A stretch of DNA of 64,000 nt. Origin: an uncultured Gemmataceae bacterium (lineage in GTDB: Bacteria; Planctomycetota; Planctomycetia; Gemmatales; Gemmataceae). Both the position numbers and the translations under genes were made by a program. Positions 59,350-64,000 of this stretch are shown in pieces (positions within the stretch are counted from its first letter, which is position 1; each line of letters opens with the position of its first letter). The stretch lies in contig CAVVPN010000004.1 of NCBI GenBank assembly GCA_963750165.1, positions 1,248,001 to 1,312,000 of the forward strand, written 5' to 3'. Under the pieces are notes generated by a model that worked only from the letters and a program-made list of their open reading frames with translations, was not told the origin of the DNA and did no database searches.

Positions 59350-60276
59350 TCACAAGGCGTCCAGGTTGACCACCACCCCGTCAGCCCGGCCGGCGAGGTA
59401 TTTCATCAGGGAGATGTTGGTGCTGTCGTAGAAGTAGCGCACCGAGCCGTCGGCGAAGCAGAAGAAGGCCCCGCCGCCGTGGTTGCTGCTAAACGACTGG
59501 TTGGCCGTGCCGTTGATGTTGTAAAGGTACCCGCCATTGCCGTCCGGGGTGTCATCGATCCACCACATCACGTCGCTGACCCAGACGGAACTGACGCTAT
59601 TGTCCAGGCCGCGCATGCACGCCCAGATGCACGCCTTCTGGCCGAGGCCGGTGCCTGGGTCGTAACTCAGCCGGCACTCGCCGATGACCACGGTGTTCGA
59701 GGTGCCGTCCTTGATTTGCTGGAACCGGGTCCGGCTGTTCTGATACATCACGCCGCCCATGTCCAGGTCGGCGTAGAAGGCGGCGTTGTTGATCGGGCCC
59801 GCCACCGCCCGATAGTTCGAGGTGGCGAAGTTGTCCCGGAATGGGTTCAGTTCGGCGCCGGTGTCGGAGGGGCAACGGTAAATGGCCAGTGGGGTCTGCG
59901 TCAGCGGCGTGGCCACCGCGGTCCCCCGGCTGGGGTCGGTGGGGGCGGGGGTCGGAAACGGGCTGGCGTTCAAGCCCAGCTGGTTGTACAGGTTATCCTG
60001 CTCCATGTAGGGCAAGGTGATCGCCGCCCAGCTGTAGCCGGGGCCGTAGGAACCGGGAGCGGTCTTGTAGGCCGGCGGAAACACCTTGAAGACGCTGGCG
60101 TAGTCGTGCAAGGCCACGCCGATGTTGTGCAGGTTGTTCTCGCACTGGCTGCGGGCCGCCGCCGCGCGCACCTTCTGCACGGCGGGCAGGAGCAGGCCGA
60201 TCAGGATGGCGATGATGGCGATGACCACCAGCAGTTCAATGAGCGTGAACGCTGGCCGGGTTTTCCTGGATCGCAT
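59350..60276 (-). CDS. DUF1559 prepilin-type N-methylation domain protein
   Basis: [35 protein letters not shown] and H-X9-DG (HGGGAFFCFADG). Confidence 0.95.
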   Translation of the reverse strand: MRSRKTRPAFTLIELLVVIAIIAILIGLLLPAVQKVRAAAARSQCENNLHNIGVALHDYASVFKVFPPAYKTAPGSYGPGYSWAAITLPYMEQDNLYNQLGLNASPFPTPAPTDPSRGTAVATPLTQTPLAIYRCPSDTGAELNPFRDNFATSNYRAVAGPINNAAFYADLDMGGVMYQNSRTRFQQIKDGTSNTVVIGECRLSYDPGTGLGQKACIWACMRGLDNSVSSVWVSDVMWWIDDTPDGNGGYLYNINGTANQSFSSNHGGGAFFCFADGSVRYFYDSTNISLMKYLAGRADGVVVNLDAL

Positions 60277-60318
60277 GTGGGGTACTCCCAACAGTCGAGG
60301 GCTGGACCTGGGCAGCAG

Positions 60319-60477
60319 TCAAGCAGCCTGTTTCTTCTTCTTTGGCGCATCCTTGGGGGGAGCCTGATCCTTGGTCGGGGCCGGCGACTGCTCATTTTTC
60401 TTGGTTTCAGAGCCACAACCGACCGTGCCCGCGAGGAGCACGGCCAGGATCAGCCACCAGCTCAGCAAACGCATCAT
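60319..60477 (-). CDS. Small lipoprotein associated with DUF1559 genes
   Basis: Hydrophobic signal with TVGC lipobox and a Lys/Pro-rich tail. Confidence 0.65.
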   Translation of the reverse strand: MMRLLSWWLILAVLLAGTVGCGSETKKNEQSPAPTKDQAPPKDAPKKKKQAA

Positions 60478-60579
60478 GAGTAAGGTTCCTGGTGTCGGGT
60501 TCCATTTCCCGCGTTGCGCCACGACGCGCAGCGCTCCGCTGCGCGTCGCGGCGAAACTTCCGTTCTCCCAACGGAGCGA

Positions 60580-61572
60580 TTACCAATCGTTGCCGGGAAT
60601 GTCGTTGCCGGCGGGCGTGCAGAGTGCCAGGAAGGTGTTGAGCGACATCCCCGCATCGACCGTGCGCACACTGCCATCGCCCATCAAGAGATTCATGTTC
60701 CCGGTGTGCGGCGAGTTGAGGGCCTGGTAGTCGCAATTCCCAGGGCTGGGATTGAACTGGGGGAGCGCGGTCTCCCAGTAGGTGCTGAAGAACGGATACT
60801 GGGCATTCCCGGACTGCCCGACCGGCTCACTCCAGGACCAGAACGTGGCACGCACCTGTCCGTCGCCGATGGCGGCGAGATTGGTGCCATCACAATACTG
60901 CAAGCGTTCGCCGAAGAAGATCGTGTTCGACAGGCCATCCCGGATTTGATTAAAGGTCATCGCGTTGTTGGGATAGCCAACCCAGCCGGTACCAAAGGAG
61001 TAGGGCAAAGCGAACACCATGGCGTTGCACGCATAGCTGGTCGGCGCAAAGGAGTCGCCGGCATCGCCCGGGTTCAGACTGGCAGCGACGGGATTGGCCA
61101 TGACCGTGCCAGCGCCGTTGGAGCTGTCGGAAGGACACATGTATGCCGGGATCAACCTCAACCCCACGAAGTTCGCCGTGCCCAGGCCCGACTCGCCGCT
61201 GTAGTAGGGGCCGCCCGGGTTGTCGCCGTACAGGTTGGCAAAGTTCGGGCCGGGCAACAGCGAGCTGGTGTAGAGGTTCTGCTGCTCAATGAAGGGGAGC
61301 AGATGGAACATCTGGGTGCCAAAGCCTGCGCCTTTGGCGGGCGTGTTGCCCGGGAACCAACCGTAGGAAGGGGGCAGCGTCTTGTAGACGCCGTGCAAGT
61401 TGTGGCAGGCATCCCCGAGCTGGTGCAGGTTGTTCTGGCAGGTGGCGCGGGCCGCGGCTTCGCGGACCTTCTGCACTGCCGGCAACAGCAGGCCGATCAG
61501 GATGGCAATGATGGCGATGACCACCAGCAGTTCAATCAGCGTGAACGCCGGCCGGGTTTTCCAGGATCGCAT
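60580..61572 (-). CDS. DUF1559 prepilin-type N-methylation domain protein
   Basis: [31 protein letters not shown] and H-X9-DG ([12 protein letters not shown]). Confidence 0.95.
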   Translation of the reverse strand: MRSWKTRPAFTLIELLVVIAIIAILIGLLLPAVQKVREAAARATCQNNLHQLGDACHNLHGVYKTLPPSYGWFPGNTPAKGAGFGTQMFHLLPFIEQQNLYTSSLLPGPNFANLYGDNPGGPYYSGESGLGTANFVGLRLIPAYMCPSDSSNGAGTVMANPVAASLNPGDAGDSFAPTSYACNAMVFALPYSFGTGWVGYPNNAMTFNQIRDGLSNTIFFGERLQYCDGTNLAAIGDGQVRATFWSWSEPVGQSGNAQYPFFSTYWETALPQFNPSPGNCDYQALNSPHTGNMNLLMGDGSVRTVDAGMSLNTFLALCTPAGNDIPGNDW

Positions 61573-61903
61573 GTGGGGTACTCCCAAACGTCCACAAAAC
61601 AAGGAAAAAAAGACAAGGAGAGATTCGGTAACGTTGCCGCGCAGCGCGGCGAACGGCGACGCAGCGTCGTTTGCGGACAGGAGCCCTGGCAGTGATTTGG
61701 AGAGGAGGCACCCGTCCAGGTTGGCGGTTCGCAACCCCTTCCCCCGCCGCACCGTTCGATTGCGAGTACGAATGATGACGCTAGATGGGCTGGGAAGGCA
61801 ACCCATCTACTAATGAAAAGATTGTGAGCAGAAGGCTAGCGAATTGCAAGTATTTTTTCACTTTCCGACGGTTTTTCAGCGACCGTCGGAAGTGGACGAA
61901 CAT

Positions 61904-62754
61904 TCACGCTCCGTCCGGCCAGGCCAGGGTGGCGGCGTCGAAGACGGGGCCATCCACACAAACGCGGCGGTAATCCCAGCCAGTTTCGGTGCGAACGGGC
62001 GTCACGCAACTGAAACAGACGCCGACGCCACAGGCCATCGGCGTCTCCAGCGACAGGTGGCAGGGCACGGCCCACTGCGCCGCCAGGTCCGCCAGCGCCC
62101 GCAGCATTGGCTCGGGGCCGCAGCCGAATAATTGCAAGGGCCGTTCGTGCGGCGGCTGCGCTTTTAACAACTGCGTCACAAAGCCGTGGAAGCCGGCGCT
62201 GCCATCGTCCGTCGCCAGATACACGGTTGCGCCCGCTTGCCGAAAGTCCGCGACGCCCGCCGCCAGCTCGGCGCCGCGCACACCGTAGTAGACCGACACG
62301 CGATCGCACTGCCGTCGCGCCGGCCGGCCGCCGTGGCCGGCGCCCCCAGCAACTCGCGGACGTGCGCCAGGAACGGCGTCTGACCGATGCCCCCCGCGAC
62401 CAGGCCGACGTGCTCCACGCCGTCCACGTCCGGGAAGCCATTGCCCAGCGGGCCCCAGACCTCCACCGCGTCGCCCGGCCGCAGCGCCGCCAGCAAGCCG
62501 GTCAGCTTGCCGACCACCAGGTAAACGATGTCCACCGCGCCTGGCTGGCCGTCGGCATCGGGCACCACGTCGTACAGGGCGAAGGGGCGGCCCAGCAGCG
62601 GATCGGTGCGGCCTGGCAGGCGCAGCATGACAAACTGGCCAGGCCGGATGGCGGCGGCCAGACCTGGGGCGTGCAGGCGCAGGCGGTAGGTGGAGCGGGC
62701 GAGCGGGATGTTGTGGACGACGGCCGCGCATGTCTGGGTGAAGGGGGCGCTCAT
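61904..62754 (-). CDS. pyrK: Dihydroorotate dehydrogenase electron transfer subunit; frameshift near 62305
   Basis: PGQFVML, LGRPF, GPLGNGF and AGGIG; then TDDGS, CGPEPM and MACGVGVCFSC...RVCVDGPVF (2Fe-2S). Confidence 0.88.
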
Positions 62755-63542
62755 GGCGTCGGTTGTCCGCGGCGGCCGGCGGCGCTCTCGGGGCGGCGGC
62801 GCGGTGGCGGCGTGGCGGCGTGGCTCAGAGCCAGGCGTTCGCCCGTGCTCAGACGCCGCGCCTTGCCGGTCGCCAGGCTGCCCAGCTCCACCGGCCCCAG
62901 GGCGATGCGCTTCAGCCGCATGACCTTGTGGCCCAGGCGCGCGAGCATGCGGCGAATCTCGCGGTTGCGGCCTTCGCTCAGGACCACGCGCAGCCACGTG
63001 CTCTCGCCCTGGCGCTTGAGGCGCTTGACCTGGCGGGCCTTGACGTGGCCATCGCTGAGCCAGACGCCCTTGAGGAGCTGGCGTAGATCGTCGGGCGTCG
63101 GGTTGCCGGCCACCTGCACCAGGTACGTCTTTTCGACGCCGAAGCGCGGGTGCATGAGACGGAAGGCGAGGTCGCCGTCGTTGGTCAGGAGCAGCAGGCC
63201 CTCGCTGTCCTCGTCGAGGCGGCCGACGGTGTAGACGCGCTGATCGACATGCGGCACCAGGTCGATGGCGCGTGGCCGGCCAGCGGGGTCGTGATTGGTA
63301 CACAGGTAGCCGCGCGGCTTGTTCAGCAGCCAGTAAACGCGCTTCTCAGCCTTGACCTCGGCGCCGTCCAGGGCGACCTTCTGGCCCGGGGCGACGCGCG
63401 TGCCCAGGTCGCGGACGATGCGGCCGTCGAGGGTGATGCGGCCGGCGCGGATCAGGTCCTCGCAGTGGCGGCGTGAGCCGAGGCCGGCGTGGGCCAGCCA
63501 CTTGTTGAGGCGGTCTTCGGGTGGGTGGTCGGCGGGCAACAC
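62751..63542 (-). CDS. rluB: RsuA/RluB-family rRNA pseudouridine synthase
   Basis: S4 domain (RLNKWLA..SRR), LNKPRG, VGRLDEDSEGLLLLTNDG and EGRNREIRRM. Confidence 0.88.
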   Translation of the reverse strand: MLPADHPPEDRLNKWLAHAGLGSRRHCEDLIRAGRITLDGRIVRDLGTRVAPGQKVALDGAEVKAEKRVYWLLNKPRGYLCTNHDPAGRPRAIDLVPHVDQRVYTVGRLDEDSEGLLLLTNDGDLAFRLMHPRFGVEKTYLVQVAGNPTPDDLRQLLKGVWLSDGHVKARQVKRLKRQGESTWLRVVLSEGRNREIRRMLARLGHKVMRLKRIALGPVELGSLATGKARRLSTGERLALSHAATPPPRRRPESAAGRRGQPTP

Positions 63543-63723
63543 GGCGGCAACTCCCGGGCGATGTGTGATTGGTGCGAGTTCGGGATGCCGGCGCAGCTGC
63601 GGAGCGGCAATACGCTATTGTAGCGAGCATCGGCTACAGGCAAAGGGGCGGGGCGGGAGTAATCTGTCTTCCGATTACGTTTCGCGCACCGCTACCGCGC
63701 GAAACGCAAACGGAAGTCGCTTT

Positions 63724-63822
63724 GGAGGCGCCGAACAACAACTTCGTAGGACGGCTCTCCAGAGCCGTCGGGACGGCTCTGGAGAGCCGTCCTACTCTTG
63801 GAAGTTGTTGTTCGGCGCCTCC
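63724..63822. repeat. 22-bp perfect inverted repeat enclosing a family B REP doublet
   Basis: GGAGGCGCCGAACAACAACTTC / GAAGTTGTTGTTCGGCGCCTCC around 63746-63795. Confidence 0.85.
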
Positions 63823-63905
63823 TTTGAAAAAAATGTGTATCAACGGCGACCCGTTCGCGGCACTGTAGGGTGAGCGGTTCGCCGGGGACACGCCGAGGAC
63901 ATCGC

Positions 63906-64000
63906 ATGGCGACGAACCGAGCCCAGTGGGGCACGAACTTGCTCCGAGCCGTGCTCGGGCGCGACGCCGATGCCGAAACCGATGGGCACTTGCTGCGGCG
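63906..64000 (+). CDS. 5' fragment of a probable ECF sigma-70 factor (planctomycete type)
   Basis: GAGGA RBS; MATNRAQWGTNLLRAVLGRDADAETDGHLLR resembles the TDGxLLxRF N-terminus of Gemmataceae ECF sigma factors. Only 31 codons are visible. Confidence 0.5.
   Translation, partial: MATNRAQWGTNLLRAVLGRDADAETDGHLLR

Noticed and set aside
1..64000. tRNA, rRNA, riboswitch, integrase or transposase genes
   Set aside because: No recognisable signatures by eye. A covariance-model scan (Rfam/tRNAscan-SE) would be needed to exclude small RNAs in 2495-3253, 34466-35027 and 38020-38519.

Overview
A GC-rich chromosomal segment from a planctomycete, most likely Gemmataceae-like. This is inferred from DUF1501, DUF1559, PQQ-repeat, BBP7 beta-barrel and multiple Ser/Thr kinase genes. 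I can support about 53 CDS. I saw no rRNA, tRNA, CRISPR array or transposase. About 12 genes are split by small frameshifts, which look more like long-read assembly errors than true pseudogenes. Main blocks: (1) a receiver / GGDEF-PilZ / kinase-PilZ signalling locus at 9.6-12.9 kb, with a second pseudokinase-PilZ plus membrane-kinase pair at 50-54 kb; (2) an ABC-2 exporter and two DUF1501 genes; (3) an ~18 kb exosortase/PEP-CTERM-linked Wzx/Wzy exopolysaccharide locus whose Wzc has no tyrosine cluster; (4) a prpD-like gene and a redoxin / deoxyhypusine synthase / TIGR00300 operon; (5) kinase-WD40, wHTH-rhomboid, PPIase, TPR and M90 peptidase genes, tandem DUF1559 genes, pyrK, rluB and the start of a probable ECF sigma factor. 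Intergenic DNA carries at least five REP-like hairpin families and nested composite elements. The best candidates for undescribed biology are PilZ-gated Ser/Thr (pseudo)kinases coupling c-di-GMP to phosphorylation, an LMW-phosphatase-SUI1 fusion, a pseudo-caspase-S41 protease fusion, and the DHS plus divergent TIGR00300 operon. All calls come from motif recognition by eye; no database searches were run, so novelty is unverified.
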